64,000 bases of DNA from Chlorobiota bacterium (GCA_041596515.1 JBFHIJ010000013.1:4579-68578); one strand, 5' to 3'. Positions 49,521-59,856 are shown, numbered from the stretch's first letter. The notes: generated by a model from the sequence alone, not told the origin. Program-made: numbers and translations.

Positions 49521-50738
49521 TTATAAAAGTCTGATGCCCATCATCATGCCGAACCAATCTCTGGTCCAGTGGTGATTGTTTCTATATACAGGGTTGCCTT
49601 TATCCGTAAGATCAGAACCGTCATTTACAATAGAGTAGTAGAAGTTAAAAGTAGGTCCGGCAAATATCTTAACGTGCTTTGATATTTTATAACCTGCTAT
49701 TACGTGAGTTCTTGTAATAAAATGCAATTCATTTGTCCAAAAACCTTTTATAGGTTCGTTTAAATGCTCTGCACTTTGACCTGCCTCTATGTAGAACTTA
49801 TCGCTAACATTAGTATTTACAGCCCATGTGAATCCAAGTAACCATCTATCTTTTTCCTCTTTATCAAATCCAATATAAGCGACATTTATAAAGTTGTCAT
49901 TGCCTGAAACTATACCAATCCTTGCAATTTTGTTTTCGTCGGTCGAAAAGCACAAGTCTACACCGGTGTCTCCCACAAATGAAAAGAAACCAAGTGAAGC
50001 ACCTGAGTTAGATTGTGCAATATTTATTGGTGAAATTTGTACTCCTGACATATTATCTGCCACATTTACTAAGCCTGCTAACTGCACACCTTCAAAATCG
50101 CCGACGGAGTTTACGATGCCTGATACTTGTGCACCTAAGCCACTGCCAGCAGAAGAGTTGATGCCTGCTACCTGAATGCCGTTCATGACATCTAACGTAG
50201 TATTACTAATCCCTGCTACTTGTAAGCCATTGAGAGAAGATTCTACACTATTGAAAACTCCTGCAATCTGCATACCTTGCGAAAATCCTGTACTTAGATT
50301 ATATACGCCTGTGCATTGAATGCCGAGCAATGTCGACTGGTTAATATTTGAAATTCCTGATAGCTGAATGCCATTCATACCTAAATGGCTAATGTTTATT
50401 ATGCCAGCATACTGAAGACCTGTCACATATCCTTCTGCACGGTTTCCAATACCACAAATCTGAATACCTGATACATCTTCTCTATAGTGATTCCAAAAAA
50501 TTCCAAATTCTCCACCTTGCAGTCTATAAGAAGATCCTGCAATATTAATAGAGAAATGATTTACTATCCTGCCGTAGGGATAAACTATTTCGCCGACTGA
50601 AATGCCGGGCATTAAAGAAAAGTTTATAGGCATAGTTTTATATCTTGCAGGCCTATCAGAATTAAGTTTAATTTCGTTTTCTTGAGCCCAAGAAAAAGAC
50701 TGAATAAGTAAAATGAATATGCTAATATATTTTATCAT
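49521..50738 (-). CDS. Exported protein with 15-aa GxQxxGxxN repeats (LA_2272-like beta-helix)
   Basis: About 10 tandem repeats such as GLQYAGIIN and GIQLSGISN, a signal peptide and a beta-strand-rich C-terminus. Confidence 0.8.
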   Translation of the reverse strand: MIKYISIFILLIQSFSWAQENEIKLNSDRPARYKTMPINFSLMPGISVGEIVYPYGRIVNHFSINIAGSSYRLQGGEFGIFWNHYREDVSGIQICGIGNRAEGYVTGLQYAGIINISHLGMNGIQLSGISNINQSTLLGIQCTGVYNLSTGFSQGMQIAGVFNSVESSLNGLQVAGISNTTLDVMNGIQVAGINSSAGSGLGAQVSGIVNSVGDFEGVQLAGLVNVADNMSGVQISPINIAQSNSGASLGFFSFVGDTGVDLCFSTDENKIARIGIVSGNDNFINVAYIGFDKEEKDRWLLGFTWAVNTNVSDKFYIEAGQSAEHLNEPIKGFWTNELHFITRTHVIAGYKISKHVKIFAGPTFNFYYSIVNDGSDLTDKGNPVYRNNHHWTRDWFGMMMGIRLL

Positions 50739-50865
50739 TGATTGATTTTGCTATTTTTACATAATTGTAAAATATAAAAAACCGAGCCAAATTTCAATTT
50801 GATTTGGTTTTTAATTCCAATTCAAGTAATTTTTGATTTCCTAGGTGTAATATGGTGCAAAAGGA

Positions 50866-50883
50866 ATTGTCACTATTGTCACT
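50866..50883 (+). promoter_or_regulatory. Candidate regulator site (ATTGTCACT x2, also resembling TGTGA-N6-TCACA)
   Basis: Perfect 9-bp tandem repeat about 50 nt upstream of the Fe-S oxidoreductase start. Confidence 0.35.
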
Positions 50884-50933
50884 TAGTCTATCAGATAATA
50901 CATTTTGTTAAATAAATAGAAAGAAATATACTA

Positions 50934-52943
50934 ATGGAATTTGGTATAAGAAACGTGATTTTTATCGTTTTGTTTCTGGCAGCTATGGGTTTTCTTGGAG
51001 AAAACATACATAGGCTTATTTCCTATCTTAAAATAGCTAAGCCGGAAGATAAAACAAACAGAATTTTTGATCGAATTAAAAAGACTTTTAATGTAGCTTT
51101 TTTTCAGTCTAAGATTTTAAGAGACCCAATAGCAGGGCCTATCCATGCAGGAATATTTTGGGGCTTCTTGGTGCTCATGTTTTCTGCAGCTAACTCAATT
51201 TTTGAAGGATTTGGAGTTAGACATTTCTTTGATTTTATGGGTCCGGTGTGGAGCTTTATCACTCTGTCGACTGATATATTTATTCCTGTGGTGATGATTG
51301 CTCTATTATGGGCTGCTCACCGCAGATTTATTCAAAAAGAAAAACGTTTGCAGGTAGAAGGAGAGGCTGGAGAAGCTGCTCTGATATTAGGTATGATTTT
51401 CACTATTGTTGCTTCTCTTATGCTAGAAAATGCAGCTAATATCAAGATGGGTATAGACGCTGAAAATGCACTAAGACCAATAGCTTCATTTATTGCCGGC
51501 TTTATTAGTGCAGATGCTGCTCCTTATATACATGAAGCAGGTTTCTGGTTGCATATTGGTGTTATTATGGCATTTATGAACTTTTTGCCTTACTCAAAAC
51601 ACTTGCACGTGTACACATCAATTCCAAATGTTTTCATTTCATCTATAGAATATCCTAACAAACTCGAAAAGATGAACTTTGAAGATGAAACCCTTACTAA
51701 ATATGGTGTTGTAGATATTGATGATTTAAACTGGAAATCTTTGATGGATGGTTACTCTTGTACTCACTGCGGTAGATGTACAAGTGTGTGCCCTGCTAAT
51801 CTAACAGGGAAGCAACTCGATCCAAGAGAAATAATTGTACAAACCAGAGAGCGTACATTTGATATTGGTGATATCTTAGTCAAAAAACAAAAATATGGCG
51901 AAGATGTAGAGCTATCTGACTTAGAGCAGGAAAAACTAAACAAAGCATTTGTTGGTGAGTATCAAAATATAGATGCTATATGGCAGTGTACTACTTGTGG
52001 TGCGTGTATGCAAGAGTGCCCTGTGGCAATCGAACATGTACCTGCTATCGTAGGTATGAGAAGGAATCTTGCCATGATGGAAGCTAACTTTTCACCCGAG
52101 TTGCAAACTACTTTTAGCAATTTGGAAACAAACTCTACACCTTGGGCTTTTTCTTCTGCTGAGCGTGCTGACTGGGCTGAAGGCTTAGATGTGCCAACTG
52201 CTGCTGACAAATCTGACTTTGACATTCTATTTTGGGTAGGTTGCGCAGGAAGCTACGATGATAGAGCTAAAAAGATTTCGGTTGCATTCTCAAAACTTAT
52301 GCAAAAAGCAGGAATTAATTTTGCTATCTTAGGCACAGAAGAGGCTTGTAATGGTGATGTAGCCAGAAGAGCAGGGAATGAATACTTAGCAAATATGCTA
52401 ATTACCATGAATATGGAAACCCTTACTCGATATGACGTTAAGAAAATTGTTACGATATGCCCTCACTGCTTCAATACTTTCAAAAATGAATATACTGATT
52501 TTGGTGCTAACTTTGAAGTTGTTCACCACACTGAGTTCCTGAATCAGTTAATCAAAGATGGTAAGTTAAATCTGAAAGCAGATAGCAAAATGGATATTGC
52601 ATATCATGACTCTTGCTATCTTGGAAGATATAATGATATCTACGACGAACCTCGTAACGTTATCACAAGTGTGCCCGGCTTAAACATCATAGAGCCTGAA
52701 AGATCTCATGATAGAGGTCTCTGCTGCGGAGCGGGTGGCGGTCAGATGTTTATGGAAGAAACGGAAGGTAAACGAGTAAACATAGAAAGAACCGAAGAGC
52801 TATTAAGCACAGGTGCTTCAACTATTGCGTCTAACTGTCCTTTCTGTATGACTATGATAAGCGATGGTGTAAAAACAAAAGATAAAGATGAAGAAGTTAG
52901 AGTGCTCGACATTGCAGAAATTTTACTGGAACATGTAGAGTAA
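50934..52943 (+). CDS. FadF-like membrane Fe-S oxidoreductase (4Fe-4S dicluster plus CCG domains)
   Basis: TM N-terminus with LPYSKHLH, CTHCGRCTSVCP, CTTCGACMQECP, YHDSCYLGR and CCGAGGG motifs. Confidence 0.92.
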   Translation: MEFGIRNVIFIVLFLAAMGFLGENIHRLISYLKIAKPEDKTNRIFDRIKKTFNVAFFQSKILRDPIAGPIHAGIFWGFLVLMFSAANSIFEGFGVRHFFDFMGPVWSFITLSTDIFIPVVMIALLWAAHRRFIQKEKRLQVEGEAGEAALILGMIFTIVASLMLENAANIKMGIDAENALRPIASFIAGFISADAAPYIHEAGFWLHIGVIMAFMNFLPYSKHLHVYTSIPNVFISSIEYPNKLEKMNFEDETLTKYGVVDIDDLNWKSLMDGYSCTHCGRCTSVCPANLTGKQLDPREIIVQTRERTFDIGDILVKKQKYGEDVELSDLEQEKLNKAFVGEYQNIDAIWQCTTCGACMQECPVAIEHVPAIVGMRRNLAMMEANFSPELQTTFSNLETNSTPWAFSSAERADWAEGLDVPTAADKSDFDILFWVGCAGSYDDRAKKISVAFSKLMQKAGINFAILGTEEACNGDVARRAGNEYLANMLITMNMETLTRYDVKKIVTICPHCFNTFKNEYTDFGANFEVVHHTEFLNQLIKDGKLNLKADSKMDIAYHDSCYLGRYNDIYDEPRNVITSVPGLNIIEPERSHDRGLCCGAGGGQMFMEETEGKRVNIERTEELLSTGASTIASNCPFCMTMISDGVKTKDKDEEVRVLDIAEILLEHVE

Positions 52944-52962
52944 TCAAGAATATTTGAAACTT

Positions 52963-52996
52963 AAGCCACGAGGAATAACAACTTCGTGGCTTTTTT
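52963..52996 (+). terminator. Intrinsic terminator
   Basis: AAGCCACGAG/TTCGTGGCTT stem plus a U-tract. Confidence 0.75.
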
Positions 52997-53252
52997 ATTA
53001 CCTAAAAGAGCATATTAGATTTGTTACATAAATATTTTTAATGAGCGACTTGAACATTTTATTTGCTATTCACTATTATTTTACTTAAATTAACTCCCAG
53101 CGATTAAGATTTCCGAACGGGTTTTGCGTATATTTAGCAGCACTAAAAAAGCATGGACCTGTTCGGTTTTTTTTATGTGTAATCTATGCATAACCATATA
53201 AGTATCTTCTACCCTTGCAAAGTTTATACTAATTTCCGCTTCCACACTAACG

Positions 53253-53283
53253 AAAAAAAAGGCTATCATTTCTGACAGCCTTT
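53253..53283 (-). terminator. Terminator of the S46 peptidase operon
   Basis: AAAGGCTATCA/TGACAGCCTTT stem with a U-tract on the minus strand. Confidence 0.7.
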
Positions 53284-53314
53284 GATTAGAACATTTTTCT
53301 GATCACGAGATAGA

Positions 53315-55369
53315 TTATTTAGTCAACTCATCAGCAAGGTTATTAGCATCGTAGAGTTTTCTGAAAGCTTCTATCATGTATCTTGCGTCAACGGAAAGAG
53401 CACGGTTGCTTGCATAGTCATAAACGAAATTGCCCGGTAGAGATTCCATATTACCATCAAACACAAGCCCAACTATTTCGCCACGTTTATTGAAAGTAGG
53501 AGAACCGGAGTTACCACCGATAATGTCGCAAGTACTTACAAAGTTACAAGGAGTAGTCAAATCTAACTTATCTTTTCTTTCCATATAGCGTTCAGGCAGC
53601 TGGAAGTCGCCTTCGTTACCAAATCCCAAAGCTCTGTCATACAAGCCATACAAAGTAGTGAAAGGTGGAGCCAAAGTTCCATTCATAGCGTAACCTTTTA
53701 CTGTGCCATAAGTTATACGTGGAGTAAAGTTCGCGTCAGGGTACACGTTTCTTCCATAAACAGCAAAACGTGCTTTAGCGATTAATTCGCTATATTTGGC
53801 TAAAGGTCTTTGGATATTTTCGCTGTACCAGTGAGCTTCTTCTTTAGTTAAATCTTTGATTTCACTATATAACTTAAGGAAAGGATCATCTGAGTTTTCT
53901 ATAGATGAAGAGTTCCCTGAAAGAAGCTGGCGACGGTATTCGACATCACCGATTTTAGAACCGTTGATGATTTCCTTAGCAGCTATTTCCGGGGATCTGC
54001 CTTTTAGCACTGCTTTTAAAAAATCATCATCTGCGTCAAGATTTTGGGCAGCAACAACCAAAGTAGAGCTAAGCATTACTTCTTCCAAATCCTTATAGAA
54101 AGGAACCGGAGCAAGTATCATACGTTTCAAGTTTTCTATTCTGTTTGCGTCTTTATCTAAAGTTTTGTCAGTTTCTTTAGCCCAGGCATTAAGCTCGCCA
54201 GCATATCTCATAAGAGAAGTTCTGCCAAGATTATGATAGAAATATTTAGAGTAAAACTCTTGCTTTTCTTCCATCAAATCACTTATCTCTTCCCAAGCAT
54301 CGCCGTATAGGTCATCAAGTTCGTCGTTGGCTTTTACTTTAGTTCTCATATCTGTTTCAGCATCTAGGTGCTGCTTTATCAGGCGCTTGTTCTTCAAACC
54401 ATTATATATACCCGTGTAAGCTTTGAAGCTATTTTCTAAGTACATTATGTTTACTTGAGCTCGTCGAGCATTTTCAGGAGATAGTTCAGCATATTTGTGT
54501 AACTGCTGAAGAGTATACTCTAAACTCTCAATAATCATAGGAATTGAATTGTCTCTTTCATCCAAGAGTTGGTCATTTGTGTATAGTCTTTTAGTTGTGC
54601 CGGGATTGCCCGCCATAAACACAAGTTCACCTGCATTAACGCCGGAAGTGTTCCACTTCAAATAATTATCAGATTTTACAGGTTTGCCATCCTCGTACGC
54701 ACGGAGAAATGTGCAATCTAAGTTATATCGTGGATAAGTAAAGTTGTCATAAGCTCCTCCAAAGAAACCGGCTTGGTACTCAGGAGAAAAGACAAGTCTA
54801 ATATCAGTATATTTTTTATAGCAGTAAATCCAATACTCTCCGCCATAATAGAGGTCTACTTTGTCAGCACGAAGACCTGTTTTTTGTTCGTATTCTGCTC
54901 TGATATCATTGAACATTGCATTTTTTTTGGATTCTATTTCTTTCAAATCCATATCCTCATTTACTACGCTATTGACTCTGTCAGTAACGTTGTGCATTTC
55001 CATAAGGACATTTATTTCTAAATCTTTACATTTAAGCTCTTCAGCTTGAGTAGGAGCATAAAATCCATTTTTAACAATGTCAAAACCTTCGGAAGAAAGC
55101 TTTTGAATCTGAGATAGCGCTACGTGATGGTTAGTCATCAGCAAGCCATTAGGGCTAACAAACGAGCCGGAGCCACCGTCGTTAATTCTCAAAGAGGAAA
55201 GTCTAATATGTTCTAGCCAGTTCTGATTGGGAATGAAATTATATTTCTCTTTCAGCTGGCTCAGAGGTGGATTATCGAACGTCCACATACCTTCCTCGGC
55301 AAATAGAGAAGATGAAACTATTGCAGTAGCAATGGCAACAGTTTTAAGATTTTTGATGAAATCTCTCAT
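53315..55369 (-). CDS. S46 family dipeptidyl peptidase (DPP7-like)
   Basis: AEEGMW, SGSFVSPNGLLMTNHHV and DIIGGNSGSP. FDGN has Gly where DPP11 has Arg. Confidence 0.93.
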   Translation of the reverse strand: MRDFIKNLKTVAIATAIVSSSLFAEEGMWTFDNPPLSQLKEKYNFIPNQNWLEHIRLSSLRINDGGSGSFVSPNGLLMTNHHVALSQIQKLSSEGFDIVKNGFYAPTQAEELKCKDLEINVLMEMHNVTDRVNSVVNEDMDLKEIESKKNAMFNDIRAEYEQKTGLRADKVDLYYGGEYWIYCYKKYTDIRLVFSPEYQAGFFGGAYDNFTYPRYNLDCTFLRAYEDGKPVKSDNYLKWNTSGVNAGELVFMAGNPGTTKRLYTNDQLLDERDNSIPMIIESLEYTLQQLHKYAELSPENARRAQVNIMYLENSFKAYTGIYNGLKNKRLIKQHLDAETDMRTKVKANDELDDLYGDAWEEISDLMEEKQEFYSKYFYHNLGRTSLMRYAGELNAWAKETDKTLDKDANRIENLKRMILAPVPFYKDLEEVMLSSTLVVAAQNLDADDDFLKAVLKGRSPEIAAKEIINGSKIGDVEYRRQLLSGNSSSIENSDDPFLKLYSEIKDLTKEEAHWYSENIQRPLAKYSELIAKARFAVYGRNVYPDANFTPRITYGTVKGYAMNGTLAPPFTTLYGLYDRALGFGNEGDFQLPERYMERKDKLDLTTPCNFVSTCDIIGGNSGSPTFNKRGEIVGLVFDGNMESLPGNFVYDYASNRALSVDARYMIEAFRKLYDANNLADELTK

Positions 55370-55380
55370 TATACACCGAA

Positions 55381-56700
55381 TTATTTAGTAAATTTATCAA
55401 GAAGTTCAGCCAAAGTCTTAGCTGCTTCGCGTCTTTCATACTTACGTATCAAATCGGAATTGGGTTTGTAATTTTTTCCACCTGATTGCCAATTTTGATA
55501 ATACTCTAAAATAATATCACAAGTTTTGTCTATTTCACTTTGATGTGCAATCCTTCCGGAATTTGTCTCTCTCATCAGATCGGCTATAGCACTTTTTGGC
55601 GGAGCGATAGCTATTATTGGGCGTTTACATCCGACATATTCGTAAACTTTGCCCGGTACTATCTCTTCGCTTTCTTTTGATTCATCTACTACCAATAGCA
55701 AAGCATCAGATTGCATCAGAAATTTAATACTTTCGTGATGTGGCACATAGTCAACTTTTTCAATCGAATCAGCAAAAGAAGCTTTGGTAAACATTTCCTC
55801 AACTTCGTTTCCAAACCTCCCTACAAACCTAAGGTGAAGTTTATGTTGGTCAATCTGATTAGTAGATATCAGTTTTTCTATTGCCTCAAAGAAACTGGCA
55901 GGATTGCGTCTGCCATACATAGAGCCGGTATAGGTAACTGTAAATTTATCGTTTTGCACTTCTTCCACTTCAGGGAAGTCTGATGAGTCGAACCCATTTG
56001 GAACATGGAAAAATTTAGATTGATCCAACTTAGGATACTTTCCGATTGCATCTTTAATTATACCCTGCCATGCACATTCCACAGCATCTGCATTATTAAA
56101 TGTGTTAAATTCCATTTTCTTGTCAATCATTTTAGGAAGAAACCAACGGTTTGGAGAGGAAATAAATCCTGTCCACGGATCACGAAATCCTGCAACCCAA
56201 GGCACATGAGTTGACTTTTTTACATGATTAGCAATCAAGGAACACGTATATGGCGGAGAGCTGGAATAAACAGCATCAATTTTGTGCTCTTTAAGTATCT
56301 CAGCTACTGCATCTTTGGCAGTAAACAGCCATCCTGCTCTTGCATCAGGTATAAAGAAAGTAGCACGGATAAACTCGGCAACTTTCTCAGTGAATGATAC
56401 TTTCTGGCCTTCTTTCTTGATTGTATTTACATCAATAGCAGTTCCCTTTTTCTTTCCTGTGAACTTACGATACAAATCATAAGGCTCCAGTATCTTACTT
56501 TTATATATAATAGTAGACTTAGGAATTTGCTCAATTAATGACTCATCAATGGCTGGGTATTGGCCGTTAGAAACAGTCAATACCACAGGTTGCCATCCAT
56601 ATTCAGGTAAATATTTTATGTGCTTAAGTACTCTTTGTACACCGGGGCCACCCGACGGAGGGAAGTAATAAGCAACTATAAGAACTTTTTTCATTTTCAT
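55381..56700 (-). CDS. Glycosyltransferase family 4 protein
   Basis: AYYFPPSGGPGVQR, FRDPW, PNGFD and PGKVYEY motifs. Confidence 0.9.
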   Translation of the reverse strand: MKMKKVLIVAYYFPPSGGPGVQRVLKHIKYLPEYGWQPVVLTVSNGQYPAIDESLIEQIPKSTIIYKSKILEPYDLYRKFTGKKKGTAIDVNTIKKEGQKVSFTEKVAEFIRATFFIPDARAGWLFTAKDAVAEILKEHKIDAVYSSSPPYTCSLIANHVKKSTHVPWVAGFRDPWTGFISSPNRWFLPKMIDKKMEFNTFNNADAVECAWQGIIKDAIGKYPKLDQSKFFHVPNGFDSSDFPEVEEVQNDKFTVTYTGSMYGRRNPASFFEAIEKLISTNQIDQHKLHLRFVGRFGNEVEEMFTKASFADSIEKVDYVPHHESIKFLMQSDALLLVVDESKESEEIVPGKVYEYVGCKRPIIAIAPPKSAIADLMRETNSGRIAHQSEIDKTCDIILEYYQNWQSGGKNYKPNSDLIRKYERREAAKTLAELLDKFTK

Positions 56701-56752
56701 TTTGTTGATTTCAAAAAAAATAAAATAATAAAACCGACTGCCATAAACAATT

Positions 56753-57295
56753 TTAAATAGATAATAGTTCCATTTGTTCCTTCAATAGTACCATAAACTC
56801 CTCAAAATCTGTAGGAGTAGAGCGGTTTACATAGGATAATAGTAATCCGTTAATAGCATTAAAAGTGAGTACAGGAATGTGGGGGTTCTTATATTGGGTG
56901 CTACTGGCGTCAAATATAGCTTTATATATTTCTTCTGTTTTTTCAGAAAATTTATTATAGAACCTACCGGCATAGTTAGGATCTGTAAAAATTAAAACAT
57001 ATAAGCCCGGATACTGAACAAAAAACATTGCATAAGCTTTTAGCAAATCCTTTATTTCAGTAGATATAGTCGAGCTTAATACAGACTCTTTACATTCTTC
57101 CAAAAAATCGAGCATACAAACTTCGCAGAGTTCATTCATATCCTTGAAATAGTTATAGATAGTCGCATAAGAAAAGCCGGTTGCTTTCCCTATTTCTCGG
57201 GCGCTAAGAGCTTTGATACCTTCACTTTTTAAGGTGTTCTTGGCCGCCTGAATAAATATCCTGCGGATATTATCCTGTTTGAGCTGATTAACCAT
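56753..57295 (-). CDS. TetR/AcrR family regulator; start re-called to ATG 57295
   Basis: SAREIGKATGFSYATIYNYFKD HTH motif. Confidence 0.9.
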   Translation of the reverse strand: MVNQLKQDNIRRIFIQAAKNTLKSEGIKALSAREIGKATGFSYATIYNYFKDMNELCEVCMLDFLEECKESVLSSTISTEIKDLLKAYAMFFVQYPGLYVLIFTDPNYAGRFYNKFSEKTEEIYKAIFDASSTQYKNPHIPVLTFNAINGLLLSYVNRSTPTDFEEFMVLLKEQMELLSI

Positions 57296-57342
57296 AGTCA
57301 ATCTCTTTCTTGTTTGTTTAACATATAAACACACACAATATA

Positions 57343-57357
57343 ATTAACGGTGTTAAT
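57343..57357. promoter_or_regulatory. Probable TetR operator (ATTAAC-GGT-GTTAAT)
   Basis: Palindrome lying just downstream of an AATATTTGC -7-like element upstream of tetR. Confidence 0.55.
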
Positions 57358-57395
57358 ATATGCAAATATTATTTTATCTCACACTTGGGATAAAT

Positions 57396-57426
57396 AAAAA
57401 AAGCATATACCGATTAGGTATATGCT
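57396..57426 (-). terminator. Terminator after the lipoprotein gene
   Basis: AGCATATACC/GGTATATGCT stem with a U-tract on the minus strand. Confidence 0.7.
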
Positions 57427-57454
57427 AGGAAAAATATAAAAGCTATTTTGATAT

Positions 57455-58171
57455 TTAGAATTTATAGATATAAGCAGTTGCAGTTGAAGGCAGTGCATTT
57501 TCATTCTGAATTTTTTTAGTGATATTATTATTAGAAATAAGATTCCAACCTTTTTTGCAGTTGACATCATAAATTCCGATCACTTCTTCACCTGATAAAT
57601 TAGTAACAGTACCTGAAATATGACCGTCTGCAGAGTAGAAGTTATAATAATACTCAATAGATCTGTTTTCTTCATTACCTTCCGGAGCGTCCATGTGTAT
57701 TCTTGTTTCTACACCATCCACGACAGCATAAAAATATATACCGGCAATAGTTTTACTTAAATCTGCAGGAGAGAAATCTAAATTATTAAAGCTAATCGCC
57801 AAAGTAGATATGTGGACTTTCTTCATAGATTTTTGTAAAGTCATAGAATAAGAGCCATCAGCTTGCACAGTTCCTTCGCCTACTTTGTAATCCGGCAAGT
57901 TGACACCCATATATGCTACCATTGAACATTTGCCTGAGTTCCAGTCATTAAAGTCATTTGTAGTCATAACGTCAAATTGTTTAAGAGTACCTGTTACTAC
58001 TAATTCACTGGCTTCAATGGTACCTGTAGGATCAGTGTCTCCACCGCCACCCGGAATTATTGCGTTGTTATCGTCGTTATCATCAGAGCATGATACAAAG
58101 AAGCTAACTGCAAGAGCAAGCACCAGCATTTTTAAGATAGAGTTAAATTGATACATATAAGACACCTTCAT
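57455..58171 (-). CDS. Hypothetical lipoprotein
   Basis: Lipobox FVSC followed by acidic SDDNDDN and a Gly linker. C-terminal KKGWN. Confidence 0.8.
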   Translation of the reverse strand: MKVSYMYQFNSILKMLVLALAVSFFVSCSDDNDDNNAIIPGGGGDTDPTGTIEASELVVTGTLKQFDVMTTNDFNDWNSGKCSMVAYMGVNLPDYKVGEGTVQADGSYSMTLQKSMKKVHISTLAISFNNLDFSPADLSKTIAGIYFYAVVDGVETRIHMDAPEGNEENRSIEYYYNFYSADGHISGTVTNLSGEEVIGIYDVNCKKGWNLISNNNITKKIQNENALPSTATAYIYKF

Positions 58172-58500
58172 TAAAATGATACTTTTTTATATAGTCAAAT
58201 ATATAACAAATATAATTAATATGGAAATTTGTTCTATCTAAATTTAAATATATAAGCTCAATGATATCTACTATAGTGTGATATGAAATGTTTCTTGATA
58301 TTAAAAGTGTATAATTCTCGATATAAAGATAGTTACTGAAATTCTGATAAAGATAGTTATTATTGACAATCTCTATGTATTTTACTTTATTGAAGTAAGG
58401 TAGGGTGAGACAATCGAATAAAATCAGATTTATATTCGATTAGTATACTGAAAGTTATCTTGCAACAGGCTGCTTGAGATATAAGTCAGCCTGTATACAT

Positions 58501-59157
58501 TTATTCTACTTCGGCAAGTACCGTTTGAATTCTAGAATATACATGATCCAACGAGCCAACTCCGTTTATTCGGTTGGCCTGTTTGCGATTTTCATAAAAC
58601 TCGAGCAAAGGCTCAGTTTGGTTCTTATATACTTCCAATCGTTGAAGTACTGTGCTTATAGAATCATCATCTCTCTGGAAAAGCTCTCCACCGCATGGTT
58701 CATCGCAAAAGTTTTCCACCTCTGGAGGATTAAATTTTAAGTGGTAAGTCTTACCACATACTTTGCACGTCCTGCGAGCAGTTAAGCGTTCTACTAACTC
58801 GCTTCGAGGTACTTCCAAAACAATTACTACGTCAAGCTGCGTGTTGAGTTCATGAAGTAGTTCTATTAGGGCTTCAGCCTGTGGCACTGTTCTGGGAAAA
58901 CCGTCGAAGATACAACCTTTTTCGATGTAGTCCCCACGTTGCAATTCCTCTTTCAATATATTAATCATCAAATTATCGGGGAGTAAATTGCCTTTTGAGA
59001 TATATTTATCTGCTTCTATTCCTATTGGAGTACCTTCCCGAATATTCTTTCTGAGCAGTTCGCCCGTAGAAAGTTGCCTCACACCGTAATCTTTTACAAT
59101 GTTAGCACATTGGGTACCTTTTCCTGCACCGGGAGGTCCGAGAAAAATCAAATTCAT
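58501..59157 (-). CDS. adk: Adenylate kinase with long Zn-binding LID
   Basis: GPPGAGKGTQ, FDGFPRT and CKVC..CDEPC LID followed by QRDDD. Confidence 0.96.
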   Translation of the reverse strand: MNLIFLGPPGAGKGTQCANIVKDYGVRQLSTGELLRKNIREGTPIGIEADKYISKGNLLPDNLMINILKEELQRGDYIEKGCIFDGFPRTVPQAEALIELLHELNTQLDVVIVLEVPRSELVERLTARRTCKVCGKTYHLKFNPPEVENFCDEPCGGELFQRDDDSISTVLQRLEVYKNQTEPLLEFYENRKQANRINGVGSLDHVYSRIQTVLAEVE

Positions 59158-59558
59158 TTGTAAATCCGTGCTTATTTGAATAGAACAATATTAAGCTATT
59201 TATCCCAAATAGAGGGGTAAAAAAACTAATATTTAGATTATGTAATAAATGTTTTACCTTGACTACAAGAACTGCAATGCTAACCGACTCGATTAATAAA
59301 AGGCTTAATAATAAAAAACATAAAGGAGTAAGTATGTTGCATAACTAGTACTGCGTTGCACATTGAAAAAAAGTATCAATATATGATAAAAACACGAAAT
59401 AACCTTACGAAAATTTCAAGCTGTAGATGTATACTTTCTTTTCAAATTCAAAAACAAAATAAGATAGTCGTTTTTAGGATGAAAATATTTGAAATTTTGA
59501 TTAATTAACAAGTCTTCAGTTTGAATGCTCCAATGATATTATTTTGTTTATTCCATGC

Positions 59559-59589
59559 CCCTAATACAAACTCGGGGTTTGTATTAGGG
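59559..59589. repeat. Perfect 13-bp inverted repeat in a 700-nt intergenic region
   Basis: CCCTAATACAAAC-TCGGG-GTTTGTATTAGGG, with no U-tract on either side. Confidence 0.7.
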
Positions 59590-59856
59590 AGCTCGGTTTA
59601 TTAAGAACTCAATACATAAATCCAAAATATTGTTTTCCCGTAATATAAAATACTATAAATAAGCCATAATTTAGCAATGGCTACACAGTAAATGCTATAT
59701 ATCATATATATTAAAAAACACAATTAATTACTATAAAATTGATTGGAATAGTGATTAGTGTAAAAAAATATATTGAATTAAACAAAAATTTATGTAGATT
59801 TTGTGCTTCCTTAACAATGCTTTGGAAAGCACATATTTACTCAATATATTTTCAGG

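Noticed and set aside
49900-50520. Periodic DNA repeats suggesting a DGR or repeat array
   Set aside because: They are explained by the 15-aa coding repeats of the beta-helix protein. I saw no reverse transcriptase or template/variable repeat pair.
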